The notes: a model not told the origin generated them from the sequence alone. A stretch of DNA of 51,657 nucleotides, filler included, from Sphacelaria rigidula (GCA_964200075.2; 4 parts of 4 records of this genome joined end to end with filler, not necessarily neighbours in it), one strand, 5' to 3'. Positions 38,720-51,657 are shown, numbered from the whole stretch's first letter. Program-made: numbers and translations.

Positions 38720-38819
38720 NNNNNNNNNNNNNNNNNNNNNNNNNNNNNNNNNNNNNNNNNNNNTTAATTAATTAANNNNNNNNNNNNNNNNNNNNNNNNN
38801 NNNNNNNNNNNNNNNNNNN
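38720..38819. other. Assembly spacer
   Basis: Same 100-nt N/TTAATTAATTAA linker. Confidence 0.97.
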
Positions 38820-38895
38820 GCTAGGGGGAGGTAAACCCAGCCCCGCCCCGCCCCGGCGTGGGGCGGCGCGGGGCCGGCTTGGGTCGCGGCGGGGG

Positions 38896-38926
<31 letters not shown>

Positions 38927-40278
38927 TATCGCGGTATCACTCCTCGGCGCAGCATGGCAAGCCGTACATGATACACCGCAATCAAGTCGATTAGAGATTC
39001 TGCTTGTTATGATACAACGAGCACTGCGGCATCTACATAAAACAACGCGTATCTCGACAAAAAACGTTATGATCTGAAGATCAGCGGCAAGCATACTCTC
39101 CTTGGCGCCAAGTCCCCTCAGGTAGCCCTTAGGTAGAGGGTAGACCTCTGGAAAGGCGTAAAAATGAAGTGTTTTGCTTATACAGCAACACAAAGGACCT
39201 CGGGATATACCGTATGTTTTGCATTCGGCGCCCACCGGTTGTACTATTACTATTCCGAAAAACGTTTTGGCGCTACAGGAGTTCCAATATGATCACTAGC
39301 GTATCAACGACAGGCTCGCTTCGCTTCTTCACCATCCACAACTACTACTAACAACGAACGCCACTCTCAAAGAGGCCAATCGTACCTACCCGAAAGGCCT
39401 CGCCACATTTTGCCCAGCGCACTTCACAGCCCACTCCACAGTTGTCACAACCCGCCCCTACCCGCAGTGCATTTCATCCATTACCGAATCCCATCCCGAA
39501 ATCGCAACACATCCAGTCAACTTCTCGGGACTCTCCTCATCCACAACCCTTGACAGCATACTGACCTTCGCTTGATTCGTTCAGCCAAGTGTCCCCAGCG
39601 TTCGTTTCGTTGACTCCGCTTGGCTCCCTCTCGCCCCGCACCCCTTCACCTGCTGCTCTAGTCTCACGCGCTGCCGCTTCGCATCTCGTGTGCCCAGGTG
39701 AGCTACGTCGTCTGGGTGGTGGTCGGGAATGTCGTTCTGTGGGTGCGCAAAAAAGAGGAAACGGCATCGGACAGCAGCATGATGGCTGTGCAACGGCCGA
39801 TGCACCGTAACGCATTGAAAGTACGGCGGGGGGGAAGAGGGGGGTCGTGCCGTGTCTCTTAGACAGTACAGTCGCCACGACCCTTACTTTTCTTCCGATT
39901 GCTTCCGATTTGCATCATCGAGACGAGGTGTCTTGCTCACGGTTTGCCATCACGGAAGGATTGCGGCAAATCAGCAAGGATCTCGGGTGTGCGGAGAAGT
40001 AAACCTTGACCCACAAACACAGGGGTGCTGATTGGAACATGACCAAATGCAGAACAGTTCTTAAATCCCCACCAAGAGGGGGACCGATGGCAGCCAGTCA
40101 CCATCGCTTGTTTTCACCCTCGTGTACGAATACTATTTAGACCACGCCCCGAGTCGGTATATTTGGAACGTACACCAGAGCATATTGGTCTAATACTCAT
40201 CAACACTAGTAGACGGCATGAGGGACGCTGCATCATCCACGATTGCACATTCTCGCCATAATTAACGTCACCAGTATA

Positions 40279-40309
<31 letters not shown>

Positions 40310-42091
40310 GCGAGGTACCTTTCCGCGAACTAGTCGCCATAATCCATAGTAGACTACATAGCTTATTCTTGTCAATCCTTAAGGCTACTGCTATCGCCAT
40401 CGCCAACCTCTACCCAAGGCAGACCGAGAAGCCTCGCGAAAGGCGGCGCATTTCGATTTCGTTTTTTCGGATTGGCTTGTTCTTGTTTTGTCCGTTTTTT
40501 CTTCTGCTTCTTCTATTTCTGTTTTATTTTCTGTTTTCTTTCATGTATTTAGCGAGTGAGCATTTCTGTTATGTTTACCTTGGGTACGCCCATCTTGTGG
40601 ATAATGGCCAAGGCAAGGCTGGACAATGACCCTCGGAGATCAGTTCGACCACTAATCATTCAGTACATCAATGAACCACTCAATCATATGGTGCCCAAGA
40701 CAAAGTGTGCGCTAGCAGAGCTCAGAGCTGAACTTGACGCCGTAGGAGTCGATTCAAGGGGGGAAGATACGTCTTGCATACGCTGGGGGAGGACCTGCGA
40801 CTGCCGACCACCAAAACACCAAAATATCAAAAGACCCGAACGTGACGAGTGTACACCGAAATCAAACGCATTGTGTAAACGACGCAATTTGGCACATTGA
40901 CTCACGCCAACCCTGCCGGATCCGGCACGTGCCTCAAGAGCCTCGCCTGCAGTGCTCCACAGAAGAGCACTTGTGCGGTGAGGACAGCTCTGAGTACGGG
41001 ACAGTACAGTGCAGTAAGTACTCCTACAAAAGCCGCCGAACGGCAGCTGCTGTGCTGAGCTGTGCACCCACCTGTTTCCAGAGATGTGCCGACACTCTCT
41101 CTTGACCATATTCCCCGGCCCGATTCTGCGTGCGTTGACGTGCAACATGGTGTTACAATAGGACGTCACAGACACAGGCGAAGAAGTGAGCAACAGTGCA
41201 GCACGCCATGTTTTTCTTCAACAAGATCAAGTCTTGCAGAGCATGCCGCCGGGCCGGGGTGATGTTTTAACGGGACACCCGAGGCCGCCACCCGTAGGGC
41301 AGGGAGGCTGCGTGTTTGATTCTCGGCAGATTCACCTGACTTTCTATCTGATGAGCACCAGTTCTCTATCGCTGAGAATGTTAGAGTGTGAGTAGCAGAA
41401 ATACTTCATTGGAACAGCGTCGGCGCGGTGCGGGGAATGGAATGCTGGTGGTCATGACCCAATCCGGGATGAGATTACCAAAATGCAAGGCGTGTACCGG
41501 GGGAGACATGGGTTCATGTCTCGAGAACACGGATTTGTTCCGAGAAAGGGGAGGAGTTGAAGGTGTGGCATAAAGAAGAAGAGAGAAAAACAGAAGAAGG
41601 CGACGTGTTTATTGAAAGCTGTGCTGCACTTCGCCGACATCGACTCAACTTGGTTTTGCTTACGTAGCTTCGAGTAATTGGTGAGCATGAACAAACCAAG
41701 CAAAAAAAAGCGGTGCAATTTCAGTGCTCGTTTCTACGGCGATACGTAACGGTGTCGCGCTATTACAAAGCGGTACACACATAAGAGTGATGCATCAATC
41801 AAGTGCTCCTCTAAGGTGACATACGTATCTCTTTGTCAAAAATTGTACGAAAAACAAAAGGCAACGCGTGCACTTTCGCGCGCTCGTACTTCATGTTTGC
41901 GTATTGTCCATCCGACGCTGAAAACGGCGGATGTCTCTTTTTGCATCATCTCGAAGTGTCCTTCTTGCATCTCGTTCCTTGCGTCTGCGTACCGGTAAGC
42001 CTACACTTTGTACCCTTCTTGGTAAATAACGATACTGTGCCGGTGTCTCTTCCGTTTTTTGTTCTTCTTTTCCTACACATTTTCCCCTCAA

Positions 42092-43138
42092 CCCTTTTGG
42101 GACCGGGCCTCCAGAACGACTAATGAGGCTGGTAAGGAATGACGCGTCTGGCGTCTGCACGAAACAGACAGTGGCGTGTGAAAATCCGCGTATGTAACGG
42201 CAGGGTTATGACGAGGACCGAAAGTTTTATCCAATCTATTTTCAGGTGGAGGGTGCGCATTAAGTGGTGTACATCTGATATAGCAAGCAGTATCGGCCGC
42301 GGTAGAGAGCTTCCAACAGGATACGGCGACCGGCGGGCCGCCCGCCACTTGTGGCTTTGGATAGTATTTTCGTCCCTATCACATTGCCACACAGCCCTTT
42401 GTGGTCGGGGTGAGTCGCCATTTCCCTCTTTGTTGCATGCGGCGAATTCTCTTCGAAGGGTATATCAGCTTTGCGACGCGCATACATACAGTATAGTACA
42501 GTACAAGTACGGTGCAGTACCCCTCCCCGATTGCAGCAGCAGCTGCCGTTGCATACTCCCTTGCACGTTCTGGGCAGTTCTCAGCCACCGAGATCAGTTG
42601 CCTACGTATATACCGCTTCTTCATCCCCGCCTACTACATACATTTAAACTGTACATTACAAGTCATCGACATAGGGATAAGCGGAATTCATGACGGTAGC
42701 TCATTTTGTCTTTCCACGGCCCACCTGTATTTTGTGCCTCGTGAAAATGACCACATTGTAGCATGTACACTCCTTCCCGTTTTTTTCCGGTCTACCCTAT
42801 GTTAGTATAAATTACTACGTTTCAGTATAGAATTGGGACCCAAAAAACCCTCCGGAAAAACTCGGGAACGCTGTACTAAGTGCAAGTAATACCAAAAAAA
42901 CAAGCTGCGACCACCCTGCACTTAGAAACCTGGGGAGGATTTTCTGGGCCAGAGATAGAGCCCCCACACGATATTTGCAGTGACATCACACTCGCCAACA
43001 ATCCCCGCGCTGGTCATTCGGGTCTGGTCGATAAATTTCGCCTCGCCGTGATTGAGCAGGTCGATCGAAGACTTATTTTTTATTATTATACTAACACAGG
43101 GTCAACCCTGCGCTAGTGGGGGTCCGGTCCCAAAAGGG
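42092..43138. mobile_element. piggyBac-like non-autonomous element, about 1.05 kb
   Basis: TIR CCCTTTTGGGACCGG ... CCGGTCCCAAAAGGG; flanks TCAA and TGAA (decayed TTAA). Confidence 0.65.
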
Positions 43139-44023
43139 TGAAGTTTGATTAACCGTCAAAACATCCTATAATACGAAAGCGCGAACAAAGGTAAGCCGGG
43201 TCGCACAAATGGAGGAAGACGATAGATCAACAGTACAGTACAGTACAGTACCGTACAGTACCAAAGTACAATGCCGAATTTGATCTTGAAAAAATTCACA
43301 CGTACGCACTTCGAAACACCGGTATTTTACCGTCTGTTGCAGTAGCGTAATTTTGGTAGCCTCGAAGTCGTTCATGCTTCTTGTCGCTAGTAACCGATCG
43401 GTCACGCTGCTACACACTGAACGATCACATGTTGGCTCAAAGGCCGCAGTGGACAAAAGAAACACGAACATCGTGTGGTTTCCAGTCAGGAGCACCGCTG
43501 GACGAGGCAACGGTAGGCCGTCACACGTCGGAGGCGCGAGAGAGCAATAAAACGTGGTGTGATGGTCTATGAATAAGTGCACCTACTGCCATCGTGTTCT
43601 TCAGTGGAGACTGACCACCATATATGTCTTGCATTCTGCGTGCAATATGTCTCCGTGTCGCTGGCGTGCACCAACTCAGGTATTCGACCGTTACCTTTGA
43701 CGGCTGTTTACCTCCCAATGCGGTCACTGTGTCTACTCGTGTATGGTGCGGCCTGAGGGGATGCCATGCGATGCTCGTGTATCGCGTGCTTTACGGTTGC
43801 AGATAAAATTGCGAGTCTCCATGAGGCACCCCTGGTGGCTGTACAGGGCAGCGCTCATTGAGAGTGATCTGAGGCCAAGGTACTTCTTCATCAAGTCACG
43901 TTATTTCAACGGCACCGTCATGCCAAGAATTGGGGTGGTGATCGGTTGCAGCGACGGGAAATAAACATCAAAGGGTACATATCGTAAACATCATGGGGGT
44001 ACATATCGTAACAATATTAGGAC

Positions 44024-44332
44024 CGCGCCCCGGTGGTGTTATCGTTTGACTGTCGCCATTAGGGTGGAGAGAACGGGGGTTCGATTCCCGCCCGATGCGT
44101 TGGGTTTTTTCTTCGTAATGCATGATTTCCACCGTGGAAAGCGTGAGAACGTGAGGAAACAAAGTAGTCGACTGGGTTTGTGTCACGTGAGTTGACGCGG
44201 TGCGGGAGAGCTGATAGTCATGACCCAACCCGCGAAACCAAAATGAAAGGCGCGTACCGGGGGAGAGATGGGTTGGGGTTTCCCTTGAGACCACGGACTC
44301 ATCCCGAGGAAGGGGAGGGGTTCAAAGTGTGA
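44024..44332 (+). mobile_element. tRNA-derived SINE, same family as 37595
   Basis: A and B boxes, collinear body, followed by (AT)n. Confidence 0.8.
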
Positions 44333-45002
44333 GGGAATATATATATATATATATGTCGTAAACATGATAGGGTACACATCGTAAACGTGGCTGAACAGCA
44401 GCATCGCATATCGCACTGTTCACGAAGGGGCTGGGCGACAAATAATCTTTTAGGATCCTGACGCAGTGGAGCAAGGAAGCACCACCTGGGACGAACTGCG
44501 TTCCGCCGACCTAATAATACACGAAGTCACCAACACGCATTCCATGTCAGTCCTCTGGAGGTATGGGCCTGGCGAAATTTAGCTGTGGACTCCTTATAGG
44601 ATGAGGGATACATCAAGTACGGGAGCGGAGAAATGGACCAGGGTTTGAAGGACAGTCTCATGGGGGAGGGGGTCCGCGAAAGTCATGGTAAAGTCTGTGA
44701 GGAGTTGAGATGTACGTACAAGCTGTACGCCCCTTCTTGCAAACCAACAACAGGGTTGTACTTCGATGAGGTGAGAAAATGAGCGATAAACAAGTGGGTG
44801 TTTCTGCCTTGCCCCCTTTTTTTCTTCTGGGGGAGGGGGGGGGGGTAAAAAAAAGGTTTCGCTATATTTATTTCAACTTTCCCCCCAGTGAGATAGACGA
44901 GTAATTTGGGCTCACCATCGATAACGCTTCCTTACACTGCGGATTAATTACTGGGCCGCGGAAATACACGCGCTAGGCTGGATGACCAAAAGAAGAAAAC
45001 AT

Positions 45003-46269
45003 CAGGGCTGTACACGTTCCGCGTTCACGTTCACGACACGTTCATCACGTGTGGAAAACTCAACATCCGCGTTACGCGAACGTTTGGTTTGAAAACTTAA
45101 CGGTCACGTTACGATACGTTGATCACGTTAAAAAAATAACGTTCCGTTCCGTCACATGTAACGTCCAATACAACGTCTCATTGGCACGTGTAACGTTCGA
45201 ATGTAACGTTTCATTAGGTGCATGTCGCGGCTCATTTACCAGTGTTCAAGGCGTTGTAACGTGTCATGTAACGCGTTACGTTACCGTATGCGTGACGCTG
45301 ACGCTGGCCCGTCGTATGTTTGAGCGTAGGCGCATTATCTGATTGTGTAACGTTACTCTCTCTCTCTCCAGTGTATCGCTTATTCATTTTTGACCGCTAT
45401 ATTTCATATCTCCTCTTTTCTCTTCATATTTTTGTTTTCAATTTTCGAATGCTTGATCATTCGCACGACAGCATGTACTGTACACACAACAGATCATCAA
45501 CACGATTGAACGCCGGCTATTAGACCTTACACGTTAAATGAAACGTCATTAACACGTTACATGAAGCGGTGCACACTACAAGTTTGCGATGAACTTTGAA
45601 ATCCCAGAATATAATATTATGCTTCAATAAACACGAGTGAGTTTGAGTGACCACGGTATAAGACATACTATTTCAGCAAGGTCGCGCGTTCCGCGCCACA
45701 GCACACAATACAAAATATCGCTGCAGCACAGCATCATAACATCATAATAATGTTGACCACATTTATATCAACTGAAGAGACCGGGTGTAACGTACCCATT
45801 CACGTCACGTTCACGTGCAAACAAGTACATGAGATGGATCCAGGAGGGTAATCGGGGGGGGGTCCACAACTAGGGGGTGCCGCAGCCTCCGGCCAATCTC
45901 GGCCGTTGCCCGCAGACTTGATGAAATAGTAAGTACTATACTCCTACCATGGTCATTCAAACTCACTCGTGTTTATTGAAGCACAATCTTCGAGGATTTC
46001 AAATTTCTTTGCAAACTTGAAGTGTGCACCGCTTCGTGTAACGTGTGACGTCTAATACCAGTTACCTGTTCCATGAAACGTTTACGTTACGTTGCGTTTG
46101 GCACGATGAAAAAAATACAGTTACGTTGACATTCCACTTGAAAATTCAACGGTTACGTTTCGTTACGCTCATCACGTGGAAAAAAAATTAACGTTCACGT
46201 TGCGTTTCGGCCAAACGTAACGTGAACGTAACGTGTAACGCTGTGGCATGTGTAACGTGTAGAGCCCTG
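45003..46269. mobile_element. hAT-like non-autonomous element
   Basis: TIR CAGGGCT(G/C)TACACGTT; dense subterminal ACGT/GTAACG motifs; internal inverted repeat about 45550-45660 / 45945-46045. The 8-bp flanks match only partly. Confidence 0.7.
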
Positions 46270-46884
46270 GGAAGAATCAGAAAAAAAAAACGGGGCGGAG
46301 CAACCCGGAGGGCGGGCCAAATGTCTGACCGACATTACCGGAGACACTTTCACCACAATTCATAGGGTAATTGCGAAGAGCAGCACAAACACCACCGATC
46401 GGGACGAGCGGCGTATGGTATGCCCGAGGCACCGCCATCAAGATACGTTACACAGAGTACACACAATACACAAACGATACCGTTCGTTTAAAAGGGCGTC
46501 TTGCTATATTAGATTGTTTTCCACTGAGGGCTCTCGTCGGCATGCCCAACACTCCCGGACGAGGTGCGCTGTACCATTTCCCTTGTACTGGCTGTGTCCT
46601 GCACACCGTATATCCCCATGGGGCGGTCCATCTGGGATGCCTCACGCTCTTTGTTTGAAAACGACGAGGCAACAGCCCTCCAAGAAGATCAGTACCCTCT
46701 TTTCCAAACAATGGTACCATGCTATGAACAATACAGTAGCGATCCCTCTGACATTGCGCTCTTCATTGTCGTGGCGCTTGTCGCAATGACCGTATATTAG
46801 GCGGATGACGTCACTTCATCACTGTACCGCCTCATATTGTGATTTCACCACCAAACAGGAAAAACTCCGGGATAAACACGTTAC

Positions 46885-47192
46885 ACACGGGACACATTCG
46901 AAAAAACCCGAGAAAAACGTAACTTTAAGCCATCTTACGCTACGTAAGGTTTGATGTTTTGGGCGGGACAAATGTAATGTAACGTGATGTAACGTGTGGA
47001 CCTTGAAGCAGTGTCTCTTGGGATTTTCCAGATGTGAAAAAAGGCTGTTTTCGTGAATTTTTAACGTGACAAGTGACACGTTACAAATTCACGAAAACAA
47101 GCAGAGCTTTCGTCACATTTGTCCCATCAAAGAAATCAAACCTTACGTAGCGTCAAACGACCCAAAGTTACGTTTTTTCGAATGTGTCACGT
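46885..47192. repeat. Imperfect palindrome (foldback or MITE remnant)
   Basis: GACACATTCGAAAAAA...ACGCTACGTAAGGTTTGAT is mirrored by ATCAAACCTTACGTAGCGT...TTTTTTCGAATGTGTC. Confidence 0.75.
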
Positions 47193-47409
47193 AAAAACGT
47201 CGCGTGTGACGTGTATACCGCTGAAAAAACAAAACGAAAAACTAACGCTACTGTACACGAGGGACCATGTGCCGTTTCACGAATTTCACCGTCTTTTATG
47301 GATCGAAAAGTTGAAACCATCTCGACCCAACTGCATCAAAACGAGGAAATTTCGCTCGGACCGATTCCACCGCCCCATTTTTTCGATCAAAAAACAAATG
47401 GCGAAGACA

Positions 47410-47595
47410 GGCCCTTATCAAATTGTTTTCGACTCGAAAACGTACGGTGGCATCAAGTTTGCTTGTACCTGACACGCCCACGGCATTCATGTTCTCAACC
47501 ATCTGAGAAAATAAATAGTGTAAACGAATCAGAAATGAGCGAATTCGATTCGACCGCACGTTTTTGACACCAAGGCAATTTGATAAGACACGGCC
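47410..47595. mobile_element. Harbinger/Tourist-like MITE, copy 2
   Basis: Direct homolog of 13899-14089; ends CAATTTGATAAGACACGGCC. Confidence 0.6.
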
Positions 47596-47832
47596 TCAGG
47601 GGTGCTCAACGGGCTAAAAATGTGTATCTTCGTTCTCATCGCAACGTTAGTCTGCAGGGCAGCTTCGAGACCGGGGTATTTCTACTCAGAGGAAAATTGA
47701 CGCCACATTGCTTTTCGTAAATTTTTGCCTTTTGTTTCATCTCGGCAGATGTTTTATTTTTCCGCATCGCCGAGCTTCCTCATCCATCTTCCCACCCTCA
47801 TTTTTTGGACTATTATTATTATCATAAACTAA

Positions 47833-48319
47833 GGCCGGATGTTATGGCACACAGATGTTTTGCCCACGGATTGTTCACTTTTGGGACGTTTGGCCCACTT
47901 TTTAACCCCCAAGCAGGGAAAATCGCCAACACACGTCTTGGACACATTGCATCACGCCACAGAGATGAGCCTAGTCTGCTTTTCAGATTCGCTTGGCAAC
48001 GAGGTCTCGAGATTGGTCGCTGAACAATCATTCGTGTACAAGAATCTGTGCTTGCCGACCACCGCCAGTTTGCCCAACAATCTGTGGAGATCGCCGTGGA
48101 TTTTATTACACACGGAGTATTGTTCAGCGACCGCTCTCGAAACCTTGGAGCCAAGCGAATCTGAAGAGTGATCTAGGCTCCTTCCTCCGTGTGGGGTGAC
48201 CCAAAGTGTCCAAGACATGTGTTGTGGCGCTGTTCCCTGTTTGGGGGTCAAAAAGTGGATCAAACGTCCCAAAAACGAACATCCGTGGGCCAAAACTCTG
48301 TGTGCCATAACATCCGGCC
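47833..48319. mobile_element. PIF/Harbinger (Tourist-like) MITE, almost fully palindromic
   Basis: TIR GGCCGGATGTTATGGCACACAGA; TAA target-site duplication on both sides. Confidence 0.88.
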
Positions 48320-48404
48320 TAATAGCTTTTTTTTTTCTTCTCCGCTGAGCAAGCATAGAGCCCGCCCCTCGGGATGTCGTTCTTGCCAGACAGTTTGTAC
48401 TGTC

Positions 48405-50160
48405 TGCACTGCCTGCGAGCAGGGTGTCTTGAGTGCGTGTGTGCGTGTTTCGTTCAGGAGGAAATAAAAGAGAAGCGGGCAACGTGTAGTACAGACAGCG
48501 CAGGACTATCAGTTCTCTCTGCTTACTGTGCAACTTGGAAAGGACTTCAGCAACGTGCAGCTTTGAATTGCCTGCATTGTCTATGAGCGTGCACGCAACT
48601 CGGTTGCCCACCCTACCACGTAGTTCCGTCGCTGATGCATACCATGAGAGAAGATGCGCAAGTTTTCGCCAACAAAAAATAACAAAACATACCCAATTAC
48701 TGCAGTGTATCTATCCCTGTGCTCAACTCGTGCTCGATGCTGCACGGTTGCGGTGGTAGCTGAGAATGAGTTGGATGGAGTTTACATGGTCCTGTGGACA
48801 GGTGTTATCTGGCGTGGTGGTCTGTAAGATAGGAGTCAAGTGTCGCTTCGTGTCTTTCGGCCGCATGTTCTCGATCGAAAATGATGATTTTTTGTCTCAA
48901 CTCTTTTCCTCCGCGCGCCGCTAAGTATAATTTCGAGTTGAAGCCTTCTGGGAACATAAATGCGGTGGACCTATCAGATCGGCATAGAAAAATTCGACCG
49001 CACTTTTTCGATCGAAAAAAAAGTGCTGAGACACGCCCTGAACACACCTTCAAGCGGCGAACACACCTCGTATCAGCCAGTAAGGCCGTGTCTTGGGCCG
49101 TGTCTTGGCACATCATTTACCGATCGAAAAAGTACGGTGGAAGATCAAAATCTCCATCTGGTAGGTCGTGATTTCAACCATCTTCAAAATCATCGACGAT
49201 GGTTGAAATTACGACCTATCAGATCGGGATTTGTGCTTTCCGCCGCACACTTTCGATCGAAAACTAATGTACGAAGACAGGCCCTTCGCTTTTCTTTTTG
49301 TCAATAAAAAAAATGGGGTTCACTTTCTCGAGTTGGGTCCAAGCGAATGTTCGAGCTTTTGATCGAAAAAAGACGGTGAATTCGTGAAACGGTACATGGT
49401 CACTCGTGTTTGCACTGCTTGCAAGCAGTGTGTCTTGAGTGCGTATGTGCGTGTTTCGTACAGGAGAATATAAAGGGGAAGCGGGCAACGTGCAGTGCAG
49501 ACAGCCCAGGACTATCAGCTCTCTCTGCTCACAATGTGTCGCAAAAAGGACTCCAACAATTTGCAGTTTTGTACTGCCTGCACTGTCCATGAGCGTGCAC
49601 GCAACTCGGTTGCCACCGAACAACGCAGTTTCGTCGCTGATCCCTACCATGAGAGAAGATACGCAAGTTTTCGCCAACAAAAAATAAACAAAGCACACCC
49701 GACTATCTCTGTGCTCAACTCGTGCTCTATGCTGCAGGGTTGCGGTGGTAGCTGAGAATGAGTCGGATGGAGTTTGCATGGTCCTGTGAACTGGTGTCAT
49801 CTGGCGTGGTGGTCTTACAGACAGGAGTCAAGTGCCGCTTCGTGTCTTTCGACCGCATGTGCTCGATCGAATAGGGTGATTTTTTTGTCTCAACTTCTTC
49901 TCCTCCGCGCGCCGCTAAGTATAATTTTGGGTTCAAGCCTTTTAGGGACAGAAATGCGGTGGACCTACCAGATCGGCGAAGAAATAATCGACCGCATTTT
50001 TTCGACCGAAGAAGTGCGGTGGAAAACAAAATCCCGATCTGATAGGTCGTGATTTAAACCATCTTCGAAATTGACGACGATGGTTGAAATTATGACCGAT
50101 CACGTCGGGATTTTTGGTTTCCACCGCACAATTTCGATCAAATCCTAGTGTGCGAAGACG
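48405..50160. repeat. Diverged direct duplication with period about 1 kb (48405-49010 vs 49411-50005, plus flanking repeats)
   Basis: Collinear similarity starting TGCACTGC(C/T)TGC(G/A)AGCAG. Confidence 0.85.
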
Positions 50161-51657
50161 CGCTCTAAAATACGCCCTGGACCCTATAAAGCACAACGTT
50201 GAAAATTTCATATCTGGTAGGCCGTCATTCGTGTCCACTTCATGTTGACATGGCCACCTATCAGATTGGAATTTTTTTCGCCGCACCTCTTCGATCGAAA
50301 ACCAATTTGCTGAAACACGGCCTGAAAGTACTCTTGATTCAGAGCGACAACATGAGCGACCTCTGCGATGATATGTGCTGTTCGTGTGGAAAAATCACGA
50401 AATCCGTGGCCAGACCCCAATTATAGAGCAGGAGCAGCGTTCTGCCGCGCCCCGGTGGTGTAATTAAAAAAAAGCCTGTGGTGAAATATTGCGATAATGT
50501 ACTCGATACAGTTGTATTCGACATACGGACCTCCAACATGTCTTCCACATACGGTTGCCATCATGTGAACAAAACAAAAAAAGCCCCAGGGGATCACATG
50601 TTATCATCCTCGGCGTGAAAAAATCACAAAGTGGGCTTACGTAGTGAGATTTTCCGAAGGAGAGCCAGAGTTTTGGCAGAACTTTGGTTCAACGTGCGAT
50701 GCGAGGGGCACAAAGAATATTTTTTCGATGCTCAGACCCGTGGTATTGTGTTTCGAGGTGTTGGAGACATGTGTGAGAACAAGAAGACCCTCCAGACCCA
50801 GGGACAACATGCTATTGTCCCCGGGATGGGCGCGTATACCCCCGAATCCGGTATGTACGGACTGCTGCGTGCTCAAATAGTGCTGTGGTAGCGGCAGACT
50901 AAAAAATGACGGTTTCGGGCGGTTCTCCAAAACGCCTCGGGAACCATGAAAAAAAACGTTTCTCTAAAAATCGATGGGAAGGCTGTCAACCGGTGAATTC
51001 CGGTTGTGCACGACCGACACACTCTGATCGCCGTGAGCGCAGCTGCTTGTCTATAAGGGGCTCGGGAAAAGCCTCGGTTTTGAGTTCTGCTCCAAAACTT
51101 CACGAGAACAACTAAAACAACGCTCGGGAAAAGCCGGAAATACGCGCGAGAAATGCGGCAAAACCTCCAAACGGGCTTATATTGTGGGACAGAGGTGGTA
51201 CAACGCAGGTGTGATGGAGTCAGCGATTGTTGTACCCAGCGTGTAGTTTCTGTTCAATATATAAAACGATACGTGGAGAAAGTCTGCACACATGTATGAA
51301 CATGCCTCTTTCGGTGAAACCCACTTTGACACACACAATACTTATCGGCTATACTCTGTTTGTGCATGAGCAAAGCATACCATGTTTTAATAGAAGTGTT
51401 GCATATTGCGTACTATACGCCCATGAAACTCGATCCTTATCATATGAACGTTTCCCAAAGCTCATACAATGGATGATTACCTGTATCCCAGCGATCGTTT
51501 CAGGGGAGGGTTAGATGGGGACCAGAGGAAATGTGCGTAAACAATGGTTGTTACTATTATGGAGATGCTGCCAACCAGTAGACTTTAGGGCCTGTCTTAA
51601 CGAAGGGGATAATCCCCTTTTTCAAAATCCCCTTTTTGAAAAACGACCGCTGATTGG

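Noticed and set aside
12842-38819. TTAATTAATTAA motif repeated three times inside N runs
   Set aside because: It is an artificial scaffolding linker, not biology; adjacency across it is unproven.
50631-50891. Coding-looking 86-aa ORF
   Set aside because: No ATG or splice support and no recognisable family.

Overview
Eukaryotic, roughly 50% GC, repeat-rich DNA with long introns. Its style suggests a brown alga or other stramenopile (inference). It consists of four pieces joined by 100-nt N spacers that carry TTAATTAATTAA. Two spliced coding structures can be rebuilt by hand. (1) On the + strand, 29913-37335, six exons encode the N-terminal 189 aa of a cAMP-dependent protein kinase regulatory-subunit-like protein. 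It has an N-myristoylation motif (MGAKNSK), no dimerisation/docking domain, an RII-type RRVSVSAE inhibitor site, and a first cyclic-nucleotide-binding domain with a PKG-like Thr (PRTAT). Its 3' exons were not found. (2) On the - strand, 22656-16122, a seven-exon Mutator (MULE) transposase pseudogene carries several stops and a frameshift. An inverted copy of its 5' end lies at 13076-13238. The remainder is MITEs (piggyBac-, Harbinger- and hAT-like), foldback palindromes, tRNA-derived SINEs, two LINE fragments and tandem repeats. Most ORFs in the supplied track are spurious.
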